A DNA stretch of 64,000 bases from the sequence record NC_054918.1. The stretch is one strand, 5' to 3'. The notes beneath the pieces were generated by a model. That model ran no database searches, had not been told where the DNA came from, and was given only the letters and a program-made list of their open reading frames with translations. The translations under genes and the position numbers were made by a program. This stretch comes from Escherichia phage vB_EcoM_G4498. Position 1 is the first letter of the stretch; each line of letters begins with the position of its first letter. Positions 54,465 through 62,041 of the stretch are shown here, in pieces.

Positions 54465-54986
54465 TTATCCTTTCATTGAAGGCGTAACAGTTGTTAAATA
54501 CTTAATCATAGCTTCAGCTTCTGATTTTGATAATGAAATTTCTCCATTGTTTTGACGAATAGAAATAAAATCCGGATGACGGTCACCACCAGCTTTTAAA
54601 ACACACATATAAGTATCAACTTCATCTTCAATATTTGAAATGATTGAAGCAGTTCCACATGAATGCGGTTTTTGATAAATCAATGCAGCCTTTCTTCCGC
54701 CATTTGACTGTTCATAAACTTTTAATACATCAAACAAATCACTTCTTTTATCAATAGCTAAAATGTTATTTTCATCTTCAATGTTAAATCCTTCGGATAC
54801 TTCATAAAGTGTCACCCATAAATCGCCAATATCAATAACAGCGTTCACTTTTCCATGATTTTCAAGAGCATGACAAATTTTCTTGATTTCGTCATAACTC
54901 ATTTTAATAATATCATCTCCTTGAATAAGAAAGATGTCATTTTTAAATTCAACACGAATTAAACCACTTCCACTTGAAATAAACAT
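54465..54986 (-). CDS. hypothetical protein, 173 aa, paralog of the next gene
   Basis: C-terminus ISLSKSEAEAMIKYLTTVTPSM aligns with VTFTKDEAIALKTYLDSVIPTM. Confidence 0.65.
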   Translation of the reverse strand: MFISSGSGLIRVEFKNDIFLIQGDDIIKMSYDEIKKICHALENHGKVNAVIDIGDLWVTLYEVSEGFNIEDENNILAIDKRSDLFDVLKVYEQSNGGRKAALIYQKPHSCGTASIISNIEDEVDTYMCVLKAGGDRHPDFISIRQNNGEISLSKSEAEAMIKYLTTVTPSMKG

Positions 54987-54992
54987 ATTTCC

Positions 54993-55535
54993 TCACTTTG
55001 AAATCATAGTTGGAATGACAGAATCAAGATAAGTCTTTAGCGCAATAGCTTCGTCTTTGGTAAATGTGACAATATGTGCTCGAGAATCATCATTTTGGCG
55101 AACAAGTACGACATCGCCATCTTCATAAGAAGTCTTGACATCCAAAGTCGTAGTATAGTTTGCAGCTACTGGATTAATAATGTTAGCACCGCGATCTTTA
55201 GCCCATTGAAGTTTAGCCTTTTCGGGTGTTTCGACTGTTTCAGATTCTAAGAATTCTTTCACCTTGGCAACGAATGTTGCCCAATTGTTGATAGAAAGAC
55301 ACATAAATTCAGTTTCAATATTACCGCCGTAAAGGCCACGATAAAAACGAACTTGGAGGTCGCTTGTAATATTAGTTACACCGGTAACTCCTGAGGGAGC
55401 ATAAGATAAAATCGCAGCCAGTTCCATAGGAAGAATAGTAATACTATCGTCTTCCTGCGTCAGAACGTATACATTATCACGTTTTTCGATAACCAGGTCA
55501 CCGAACAAATCAGTTGTTTCAATTACAGCTTTCAT
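54993..55535 (-). CDS. hypothetical protein, 180 aa, paralog of the previous gene
   Basis: ATG at 55533-55535 (MKAVIETTDLFGD...), just after the upstream stop. Confidence 0.65.
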   Translation of the reverse strand: MKAVIETTDLFGDLVIEKRDNVYVLTQEDDSITILPMELAAILSYAPSGVTGVTNITSDLQVRFYRGLYGGNIETEFMCLSINNWATFVAKVKEFLESETVETPEKAKLQWAKDRGANIINPVAANYTTTLDVKTSYEDGDVVLVRQNDDSRAHIVTFTKDEAIALKTYLDSVIPTMISK

Positions 55536-55536
55536 A

Positions 55537-55722
55537 TTATTTACCAATTAAAGTTTCAATATAAGAATCAAGATTTACTTTAGCTTCTTCCATAAGAGTT
55601 TTGTATTTAATCTTGTTAGCATGTCCGGAGAAAGCTGATTCATCAATAATTGTTGATGTATGAACAGCTTTACTATACGTCTCAATTAATTCTCTTAATT
55701 TAAAAGCCTGCTCACTTGTCAT
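55537..55722 (-). CDS. small helical protein family, 61 aa
   Basis: MTSEQAFKLRELIETYSKAV... Member of a repeated 57-67-aa family. Confidence 0.6.
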   Translation of the reverse strand: MTSEQAFKLRELIETYSKAVHTSTIIDESAFSGHANKIKYKTLMEEAKVNLDSYIETLIGK

Positions 55723-55826
55723 TACATACTCCTCTGAATCATATCAATAATGTTGTTTACCAAATTATAAGTAAACATTGGGTAATTATATTGAATCATC
55801 ACATACACAACAAACAAAACTTTCAT
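55722..55826 (-). CDS. very small hydrophobic peptide, 34 aa (not in the ORF track)
   Basis: My own translation: MKVLFVVYVMIQYNYPMFTYNLVNNIIDMIQRSM. SD AAGGAG and a TAATG overlap with the next start, downstream of the promoter at 55855-55884. Confidence 0.35.
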   Translation of the reverse strand: MKVLFVVYVMIQYNYPMFTYNLVNNIIDMIQRSM

Positions 55827-55854
55827 TCTCTTCTCCTTGGCAGTTGACAAGATT

Positions 55855-55884
55855 ACTATACCATAACCTTGCCAACTTGTAAAC
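55855..55884 (-). promoter_or_regulatory. early promoter
   Basis: GTTTAC-N18-TATAGT. Confidence 0.6.
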
Positions 55885-55886
55885 CA

Positions 55887-56060
55887 TTAAATGACGTTTT
55901 CGATAAAATTCTGAAGCTTTGTATGAGCATCAACCATGATTTTCAATTCTTCTTTAGCGAAAGCCGTACCTCTTTCCCGAGCAGAATACTCATAGTCAGA
56001 AACTGCATTAGCATATTCTTCAATTAGCTTCATTAAAAACATCTGCTTTTCAGTTTTCAT
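55887..56060 (-). CDS. small helical protein family, 57 aa (not in the ORF track)
   Basis: My own translation: MKTEKQMFLMKLIEEYANAVSDYEYSARERGTAFAKEELKIMVDAHTKLQNFIENVI. The start overlaps the upstream stop. Confidence 0.5.
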   Translation of the reverse strand: MKTEKQMFLMKLIEEYANAVSDYEYSARERGTAFAKEELKIMVDAHTKLQNFIENVI

Positions 56061-56244
56061 TATTCCACCTAATCATTTCAAGATATTGAACTAACTTAGC
56101 TTTGGATTTATCCAAATCCTTTTTAGCTGCTTCTATACCGTCGTATGAATATCCTTCACAATGCTCAACTGCTAATTGATATGAATCTATTTCAATATCA
56201 CGTGCTAATTTAATGATTTTTTCAAACTGTTCACGTGTTAGCAT
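56050..56244 (-). CDS. small helical protein family, 64 aa
   Basis: MLTREQFEKIIKLARDIEIDSYQ... Confidence 0.6.
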   Translation of the reverse strand: MLTREQFEKIIKLARDIEIDSYQLAVEHCEGYSYDGIEAAKKDLDKSKAKLVQYLEMIRWNNEN

Positions 56245-56246
56245 AC

Positions 56247-56450
56247 TTAAACTCTCGTATTATGATCGATAATTTCATCAAGAAACATATCTAACGCTTC
56301 TACAGCATTATTAACTTTATCTTCAAGTTCTTCAATACTTTTATTTGCAATGCCTGACGAAAACCAAGCAAAGTCACTAAGTTCCTCGTCTGCTTTACGA
56401 ATTAAAGCTACTAATTCCTTAATTTTATCTGCTTGTTCGATACTAATCAT
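56247..56450 (-). CDS. small helical protein family, 67 aa
   Basis: Start at [20 protein letters not shown] (ATG 56448-56450), with a TAATG overlap. Confidence 0.55.
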   Translation of the reverse strand: MISIEQADKIKELVALIRKADEELSDFAWFSSGIANKSIEELEDKVNNAVEALDMFLDEIIDHNTRV

Positions 56451-56638
56451 TATTCCACCACATATGAAAGAGAGAATATTGCACACGCCATGTGAGTTGC
56501 AACTTCATCACACATATTATAACGTTTCTTAAGAAGTTCTACAAGTTCTTCACTAGTAACTTCATCCATGTCGACGAAAAAATCACCATTAATGATGACG
56601 TAGATATTTCCTTCTTGATTGAGTGCTTCAATTTTCAT
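56450..56638 (-). CDS. small hypothetical protein, 62 aa
   Basis: Start at [10 protein letters not shown] (ATG 56636-56638), downstream of the promoter/leader cassette. Confidence 0.55.
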
Positions 56639-56696
56639 GATGTTCTCCTCTTTATCCGATAGTTGTATAGTATCACAGCTCAAACGGAAAGTAAAC
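56636..56696 (-). repeat. promoter/leader cassette copy E
   Basis: GATACTATACAACTATCGGATAAAGAGGAGAACATCATGAAA. Confidence 0.6.
56667..56696 (-). promoter_or_regulatory. early promoter
   Basis: GTTTAC-N18-TACTAT. Leader cassette copy E, just after the terminator at 56712-56729. Confidence 0.65.
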
Positions 56697-56711
56697 CGGT
56701 AAAATGAAAAA

Positions 56712-56729
56712 AGTCTCCCGAAGGAGACT
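56712..56729 (-). terminator. rho-independent terminator after the rI.-1-position gene
   Basis: AGUCUCC-UUCG-GGAGACU followed by UUUUUUCAUUUU. Confidence 0.8.
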
Positions 56730-56733
56730 AATG

Positions 56734-57120
56734 TTATTCGAGGGAAAGAAGATACTTACTCTGATAAAACATTCCAGTAATATCATCTATCGTGCTTTGG
56801 ATGGCTGGAGGCATTTCTTTATAAATGCTGTTAGATTGGTCTAGTATGCGATCAATCATTTTAATTGTGTCGGTAGGAAGTTTACTGGCATCTGGAATTG
56901 AAGGTGTGTATTTTCTACCAGAATACCCCAAATATTGCTCACCAAATTTATCAATCAAATCTGGCAACTCGGAGAAAATAAAATCGTATGCTTTGTGTCT
57001 AGCATAATTTTTAGTTTCAAAATGTGCAGAATGAAAATAAGCTTGTGCAGCCATTAATAAACCTAAGTATTCATCTGCCTTTGAAGGTTTTCCACTTTGT
57101 GAAAAGTCGCTGAATTTCAT
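56734..57120 (-). CDS. hypothetical protein (rI.-1 position), 128 aa
   Basis: ORF overlapping the rI stop by 4 nt. Confidence 0.65.
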
Positions 57121-57410
57121 TCAGTCTCCAATTTAATGTTCATAATTCTAGCGTATGATTGTGCCATCTCCGCGCCTCGTTCTATACATTCAAAATCAGA
57201 AGAGCACGGGTCATTTTTATAGGTCGTTCTCATAAAACTATAGAACTGTTCAGACGATTCTACGCTTTTATTTTCAAAAAGCATATAAACGTGCCTAATA
57301 CCAGATTCCATAAATTTATCAAAATGAGGATCGACATTCGCTTCAATCGATGGAGATAAAACAAATGACAATCCTAGCATGGCAAAAAGTGCCGTTGCTT
57401 TTAAGGCCAT
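57117..57410 (-). CDS. rI: RI lysis-inhibition antiholin, 97 aa
   Basis: MALKATALFAMLGLSFVLSPSIEANVDPHFDKFMESGIRHVYML... matches T4 RI. Confidence 0.92.
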   Translation of the reverse strand: MALKATALFAMLGLSFVLSPSIEANVDPHFDKFMESGIRHVYMLFENKSVESSEQFYSFMRTTYKNDPCSSDFECIERGAEMAQSYARIMNIKLETE

Positions 57411-57422
57411 AAAGGCCTCCTA

Positions 57423-57635
57423 TCATTTTTGTCCTGTATTTACTTTATGCCGATGCACGGCCTTAACTTTATCAAGGTATTTTTCAAAATTTCGCAATCT
57501 AGTATAGTCTGCCGGAGATTGGTTGAGTGATACTTCTCGACGCAAAGCTGAAATGATATTTCCAACTTCCCTACGAATTTCATCTAATTGAAGCACAGTA
57601 AGATTGCGAAGTTGCTTTTCAGTTAATTGTAGCAT
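57423..57635 (-). CDS. small hypothetical protein (rI.1 position), 70 aa
   Basis: ORF downstream of the late TATAAATA box at 57661-57668. Confidence 0.6.
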
Positions 57636-57660
57636 ATATACCCCTTTAGTTAGATAAACC

Positions 57661-57668
57661 TATTTATA
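57661..57668 (-). promoter_or_regulatory. late promoter TATAAATA for rI.1/rI
   Basis: Exact TATAAATA on the minus strand, 26 nt before the 57635 start. Confidence 0.7.
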
Positions 57669-57677
57669 ACTTTTGCA

Positions 57678-58259
57678 CTAACCGAGCTTTTTAGTTAATT
57701 CATTCCAATGTTTTCTACACAAAGAAACATAAATTTCATCACCAATACAGATTTGATTACCTTCTTTAACTGGTGTTCCATCTTCCATTAATCGAGCTGT
57801 CATAATCGCTTTTTTACCACAATGACAAACTGCCTTTAGTTCAATAAGTTTATCTGCAATCGCTAAAAGTTCTTTAGAACCTTCAAATAATTTTCCAGCG
57901 AAATCAGTCCTTAGCCCATAAGCCATAACAGGAACATTATATGTATCAACAATTCGGCTCAATTGATGCACCTGTTCAGTTTTTAAAAACTGAGCTTCAT
58001 CTACAAATACGCAATGAATATCTTTTTGTGCTTCAGCCCATTTATAGAACTCGAAAATATCCATATCATCTGTAATAATATTCGCTTCCTGCTTAATTCC
58101 AATGCGAGAAACGACTTCACAGACAGAATCGCGAGTATCAATAGCAGGCTTAAGAACTAATACACTCATTCCACGTTCTTTATAATTATGTGCAGCAGTC
58201 AAAAGAGAAGCAGATTTTCCAGCATTCATTGCTGCATAAGTAAAAATTAAACTCGCCAT
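57678..58259 (-). CDS. tk: thymidine kinase, 193 aa
   Basis: P-loop YAAMNAGKS and C-terminal zinc motifs CHCGKKA / CRKH. Matches T4 Tk. Confidence 0.95.
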   Translation of the reverse strand: MASLIFTYAAMNAGKSASLLTAAHNYKERGMSVLVLKPAIDTRDSVCEVVSRIGIKQEANIITDDMDIFEFYKWAEAQKDIHCVFVDEAQFLKTEQVHQLSRIVDTYNVPVMAYGLRTDFAGKLFEGSKELLAIADKLIELKAVCHCGKKAIMTARLMEDGTPVKEGNQICIGDEIYVSLCRKHWNELTKKLG

Positions 58260-58268
58260 ATCACCTTC

Positions 58269-58454
58269 TTAAAGCGTATTCACATAAGCTATTAATTCAT
58301 TTTCTTTCTTATCAAACCGATCAGCAAATTCTTCCTGCTGTTCGGGAGATAGCGGGCCGTATTCATCATAAAAGGTGTTTGCTTCTGTATGCTCATCTAG
58401 AAGTTCATGGATAAGCTCAAACAATTTATCTTTTTGTTCTTTGCTTAGACTCAC
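58269..58454 (-). CDS. small helical acidic protein, 61 aa, GTG start
   Basis: GTGA overlap with the upstream stop. Resembles the 55537-56450 small-protein family. Confidence 0.55.
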   Translation of the reverse strand: MSLSKEQKDKLFELIHELLDEHTEANTFYDEYGPLSPEQQEEFADRFDKKENELIAYVNTL

Positions 58455-58627
58455 AGTATGTCAATCCCCAAAAGTTTTAAAATGACTCGTTTCTGATTCA
58501 TAACCGCTACGATTGAATGACCGTTAGGGTCTTTTTGACCCGATCCAATTATAAATCCTTTTTGTGCAGAAAGTTCAATCAAAACATCAAGTTCACGTAA
58601 TAATTGATATTTTAAATCATCATTCAT
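58451..58627 (-). CDS. small hypothetical protein, 58 aa (not in the ORF track)
   Basis: My own translation: MNDDLKYQLLRELDVLIELSAQKGFIIGSGQKDPNGHSIVAVMNQKRVILKLLGIDIL. ATGA overlap upstream. Confidence 0.5.
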   Translation of the reverse strand: MNDDLKYQLLRELDVLIELSAQKGFIIGSGQKDPNGHSIVAVMNQKRVILKLLGIDIL

Positions 58628-58830
58628 TTTGGTTTACCTTCTTTAACGAAATCAGGATAAGGATAAAATCCCGAATAAAATCCTTCACCTTTATGATTGA
58701 TGCATCCTTTATTAGAACAATAGCACCAATAATCGAAATCACAAGCCATTTCATCATTACATAAAGCAAAAACAACAGGCCATTTACACTTTTCACAATG
58801 GGCATTTTTAAGAATACTAGTTTGGCTCAT
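58624..58830 (-). CDS. Cys-rich small protein, 68 aa
   Basis: Start at MSQTSILKNAHCEKCKW (ATGA overlap). Eight Cys plus His residues suggest a zinc-binding fold. Confidence 0.55.
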   Translation of the reverse strand: MSQTSILKNAHCEKCKWPVVFALCNDEMACDFDYWCYCSNKGCINHKGEGFYSGFYPYPDFVKEGKPK

Positions 58831-59039
58831 AACCATGTAACCTTTAAGCAATATTCTTCTACGTGCTGTTTACGACCTTTCTTATCAATAAAGGTATATT
58901 CAACGAATGTTCCAATGTAGTCTTTATCTACATCATGTGGACTATTAATTGGACATTTAGTACGGCAAATGCGTTCCCATTGACGAATAATTACTGCTTT
59001 ATTCTTTGGGTCATATGGATGTGGATAATGTATATTCAT
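58827..59039 (-). CDS. small hypothetical protein, 70 aa
   Basis: Start at MNIHYPHPYDPKNK (ATGA overlap with the macrodomain gene stop). Confidence 0.55.
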   Translation of the reverse strand: MNIHYPHPYDPKNKAVIIRQWERICRTKCPINSPHDVDKDYIGTFVEYTFIDKKGRKQHVEEYCLKVTWL

Positions 59040-59503
59040 AATAATGGTTCCCAATCAACAATCACAATTTCTAATTTAGAGGAATATGCATCTAAAATCC
59101 CCTCAATAATATCCCAGTTCCCTTTACCTATGCCTGCACCAATCCTAGGCATATAGATTGTAGGTTTAATCAGTTTATTTTCACCAAACTCATTTAATTC
59201 TAACATACAATTCATTAAAGCGGAATACTCAAAATTTGGCCCTGGTTGAAATTGAGTATAAAGGTTGAAGCAATACGCTTTATGAGTCCTAAAGTATTTT
59301 TCATAGACTGAGTAAGAACCGAGTTTAGTTACATCACCCCATTCAGTCTGTAATTTATCAGCTTCCAAAATTTTAGGGAAAGCTTTGGTTAATTGACCCG
59401 CTACGCCTGAACCCATAGTATGAAAACAATTACATCCATGCGCAATATTTTTACCTTCAGCGAAAAGGGCGACAATATCGCCCTTGATATATTTTACAAT
59501 CAT
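59036..59503 (-). CDS. macrodomain protein (TARG1/OARD1/DarG-like ADP-ribose binding or hydrolase fold), 155 aa
   Basis: By-eye match to the TARG1-type macro pattern: IKGDI...AHGCNCFHTMGSGVAGQL...CFNLYTQ...IYMPRIGAGIGKGNW...IVIVD. Confidence 0.65.
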   Translation of the reverse strand: MIVKYIKGDIVALFAEGKNIAHGCNCFHTMGSGVAGQLTKAFPKILEADKLQTEWGDVTKLGSYSVYEKYFRTHKAYCFNLYTQFQPGPNFEYSALMNCMLELNEFGENKLIKPTIYMPRIGAGIGKGNWDIIEGILDAYSSKLEIVIVDWEPLL

Positions 59504-59847
59504 CTAGTACTCAATCCTCGATTATAAGAATCTACCAAACGGTCAACCATTGAATGACAAGCGGCTTTATCTTTCTCCTCCGCAACTGAGCATTCTAAGG
59601 TATTCCACTTTTTAGCATATCGTTTTAATAATGTATCGTTTTTGTATCTGCTTGATTTATCTCTTTCTCCGTCTTTATATGCATATATTAATTTCTGTGC
59701 AAATTCAGCTTGGCATGCTTTATTTTTCCCACAATAATCTGCCGCAGTGCGGTTTACATATTCTCTAATTTCAGTATATGATGTATCTGCTGATGCAGAA
59801 GCAGAAAATGAAATTAATCCTATACATAAAACCAAAATTTTAGTCAT
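59500..59847 (-). CDS. vs: Vs (valyl-tRNA synthetase modifier), 115 aa, with a signal-like N-terminus
   Basis: Size and position match T4 vs. Confidence 0.6.
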   Translation of the reverse strand: MTKILVLCIGLISFSASASADTSYTEIREYVNRTAADYCGKNKACQAEFAQKLIYAYKDGERDKSSRYKNDTLLKRYAKKWNTLECSVAEEKDKAACHSMVDRLVDSYNRGLSTR

Positions 59848-60385
59848 TTACTATTTCCAAAAGTTTATTATTTTTAAGGTAATTAGCCTTTTCTAGGACT
59901 TCAGAAGCATATTTAGAACCTGCTTTAACATTCCATCCCGAATTATAAGAGGATATTGCTTTTCTTATATCGCCCTTATGTATATTTAACCAATAAGAAA
60001 GTTCAATGTACGCCCAGGAAGCTGAATTGGATCGTTTATTCAACATTCTTTTTATTTCAGCATCAGTCATATTATAACCAAGTTCCTTAACTCTCGCTCG
60101 CATAGTAGGCAAATAATTTTGGAACATTCCGTAGGCGTGATGCTTTGGTTTAGATTTTAAATTAACTCCGCCAGAGCTTTCTTGCCATAAAATGGCTGCC
60201 ATTATATGACCTAATCCGCTCTTGTGGATATTTTTGTGTGTTTTATATTTTCCATCCTTAGAAAATTGTTCCCCGAATTGATACGCGTAACGCATGTTAT
60301 CGAGTTGGACATTACTGAAAGTATGCTCGGAGCTATGTGCCATCATTGAAATGGCCAATAGACCAGCGAGTAGTGCTTTTCTCAT
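59840..60385 (-). CDS. secreted lytic-transglycosylase-like protein (vs.1 position), 181 aa
   Basis: Signal peptide plus the SLT-like motif AILWQESSGG...YGMFQ. Confidence 0.65.
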   Translation of the reverse strand: MRKALLAGLLAISMMAHSSEHTFSNVQLDNMRYAYQFGEQFSKDGKYKTHKNIHKSGLGHIMAAILWQESSGGVNLKSKPKHHAYGMFQNYLPTMRARVKELGYNMTDAEIKRMLNKRSNSASWAYIELSYWLNIHKGDIRKAISSYNSGWNVKAGSKYASEVLEKANYLKNNKLLEIVND

Positions 60386-60392
60386 GCTTACC

Positions 60393-60854
60393 TCATTGAG
60401 TTTTAATTACTGCTTTAGAAGCCTTTCCTGGTAAACGACGACTGTTAATAATTGCCATCCTACATTGAAGCGACGGGTCTTTGAACTTCTCATTAGGTTT
60501 ACAAACTGTAAATCCGAGCCAAAGATTTCCATCTGTGATTTCTAAACGTCCAGGACGATATTCAACCCCATCAATAAAATCCTCGTCAATGTCAGGACGC
60601 GGAGGCATACTTAGGAATTCATTAACTTCTAAAACATGGTCTTTTATTTTATGGAATAATTCAAAAACGTATGTCTCATCAATCTCCCGTTGAATTGCGC
60701 GATCAAGAAGATGCTGAGAATATTTTAGATGAAACGATGAGACTCCTGCTGCTTTTGATGCCTCACGAATCTCATTGTTAATTTGACGAAACTCCGACTC
60801 AAAGTGACGACGAAGCTTATTTCGACGGATAAAAACTTCTGTATTGATAGTCAT
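60393..60854 (-). CDS. regB: RegB sequence-specific endoribonuclease, 153 aa
   Basis: MTINTEVFIRRNKLRRHFESEFRQINNEIREASKAAGVSSFHLKY... matches T4 RegB. Confidence 0.93.
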   Translation of the reverse strand: MTINTEVFIRRNKLRRHFESEFRQINNEIREASKAAGVSSFHLKYSQHLLDRAIQREIDETYVFELFHKIKDHVLEVNEFLSMPPRPDIDEDFIDGVEYRPGRLEITDGNLWLGFTVCKPNEKFKDPSLQCRMAIINSRRLPGKASKAVIKTQ

Positions 60855-60881
60855 GTTGTTCTCCTCTTAACTGATAGAAAA

Positions 60882-60911
60882 ATTATACCACAGTCAAGAG
60901 GAAAAGTAAAC
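60882..60911 (-). promoter_or_regulatory. early promoter
   Basis: GTTTAC-N18-TATAAT upstream of regB. Confidence 0.7.
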
Positions 60912-60913
60912 AG

Positions 60914-61192
60914 TTATTCTTTAAATCTAATCAATTTATTCATAGACTTTGAAACTTCTGCACGAACCTCATGTAGATTTTTGAGCTGTTCAAGACGCTG
61001 CGTATAGTAAGCAATTTCATCTTCTTCGAGACAGTCCTGTGAATCTTCTTTAAGATAACGTGCATAGTCCTGAAAAGCGTTACGAACTACTTCCTGGAAA
61101 TCATCAAGACTTTGAATTTTCTTAGGAGCAGCAGATACACGACGAGGGGCAGTATAATACTCATAACCAAACCCTGCGCTTAATTGAGCCAT
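60914..61192 (-). CDS. hypothetical protein (vs.3 position), 92 aa
   Basis: Start at [13 protein letters not shown] (TAATG overlap with the vs.4 stop). Confidence 0.55.
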   Translation of the reverse strand: MAQLSAGFGYEYYTAPRRVSAAPKKIQSLDDFQEVVRNAFQDYARYLKEDSQDCLEEDEIAYYTQRLEQLKNLHEVRAEVSKSMNKLIRFKE

Positions 61193-61458
61193 TAGTATTT
61201 TTCCTCTGGTTGGAACACTGCACGACAAGCCCACATACTGGCTTCTTTGAGTTTCGTTTTAGCAATAGTTAACTGATCGAGGCTTTCAGCATAATTCTTC
61301 GCGAATTCACAGTCTTCACAATTATCTAGTGCTTCCCAGAATTCATCGTATAAAGCGTCAAAGATAAGTCCTAAACGAACTTCAGCGTCTTTGATTGCAT
61401 TCACTTTACCGATTTTCTCTTCAGTATGTGGCTTATAACCCTTAATATCTTCAATCAT
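61192..61458 (-). CDS. acb2: Vs.4 / Acb2-family cyclic-oligonucleotide sponge (anti-CBASS), 88 aa
   Basis: Start at [25 protein letters not shown]-terminal ...[16 protein letters not shown] is the family hallmark as I recall it. Position matches T4 vs.4. Confidence 0.7.
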   Translation of the reverse strand: MIEDIKGYKPHTEEKIGKVNAIKDAEVRLGLIFDALYDEFWEALDNCEDCEFAKNYAESLDQLTIAKTKLKEASMWACRAVFQPEEKY

Positions 61459-61672
61459 ATTTGACTTCCTCACCAGTACATAAATCATATTCAACTAAAC
61501 GAATGGGTTCATGAATGCCATATCCCTGAACAGAAATTTCTGTCGTAGGATAAATTCCATCAATATCACCCATATTCCACGCTTCATTAAATTGCTGTTC
61601 GCCTGAATTACTAAACCACTCGGCGAAAGCATTTAGCACATCTTCAGAACCTTCAATAATTATCTTTGCCAT
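61451..61672 (-). CDS. small acidic hypothetical protein (vs.5 position), 73 aa
   Basis: Intact ORF, overlapped at both ends. Confidence 0.6.
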   Translation of the reverse strand: MAKIIIEGSEDVLNAFAEWFSNSGEQQFNEAWNMGDIDGIYPTTEISVQGYGIHEPIRLVEYDLCTGEEVKYD

Positions 61673-62034
61673 TACAAACTCTCGGTAAAGGTACGAGCGA
61701 TAACGTCGCGCTGCTGTTCCGGAGTCAGAGAGTTAAAGCGAACTGCATAACCGGATACACGGATGGTCAGCTGCGGATATTTTTCCGGATGCTTAACTGC
61801 ATCTTCCAGAGTTTCACGACGCAGAACGTTAACGTTCAGGTGTTGACCACCTTCAATTTTAACTGTAGGCTGTGGCTCAATTTCAATTTCACGGGCATGC
61901 AAACCATAGAAAATTTCTGGGTCTACAAAAGAGTCCTCTTTAAAGGTTTTAGAAACGATAATTCGTGCTTGAATACCATCTTCAAAATAAATAGTACCTT
62001 TATGTGTTCCTTCAAGAATTTGATATGCTTTCAT
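61672..62034 (-). CDS. vs.6: autonomous glycyl-radical cofactor (GrcA/YfiD-like; vs.6 position), 120 aa
   Basis: The C-terminal ~60 aa, [59 protein letters not shown], carries the RVSGY glycyl-radical signature. As I recall, it is identical to E. coli GrcA. Confidence 0.85.
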   Translation of the reverse strand: MKAYQILEGTHKGTIYFEDGIQARIIVSKTFKEDSFVDPEIFYGLHAREIEIEPQPTVKIEGGQHLNVNVLRRETLEDAVKHPEKYPQLTIRVSGYAVRFNSLTPEQQRDVIARTFTESL

Positions 62035-62041
62035 ATAAACC

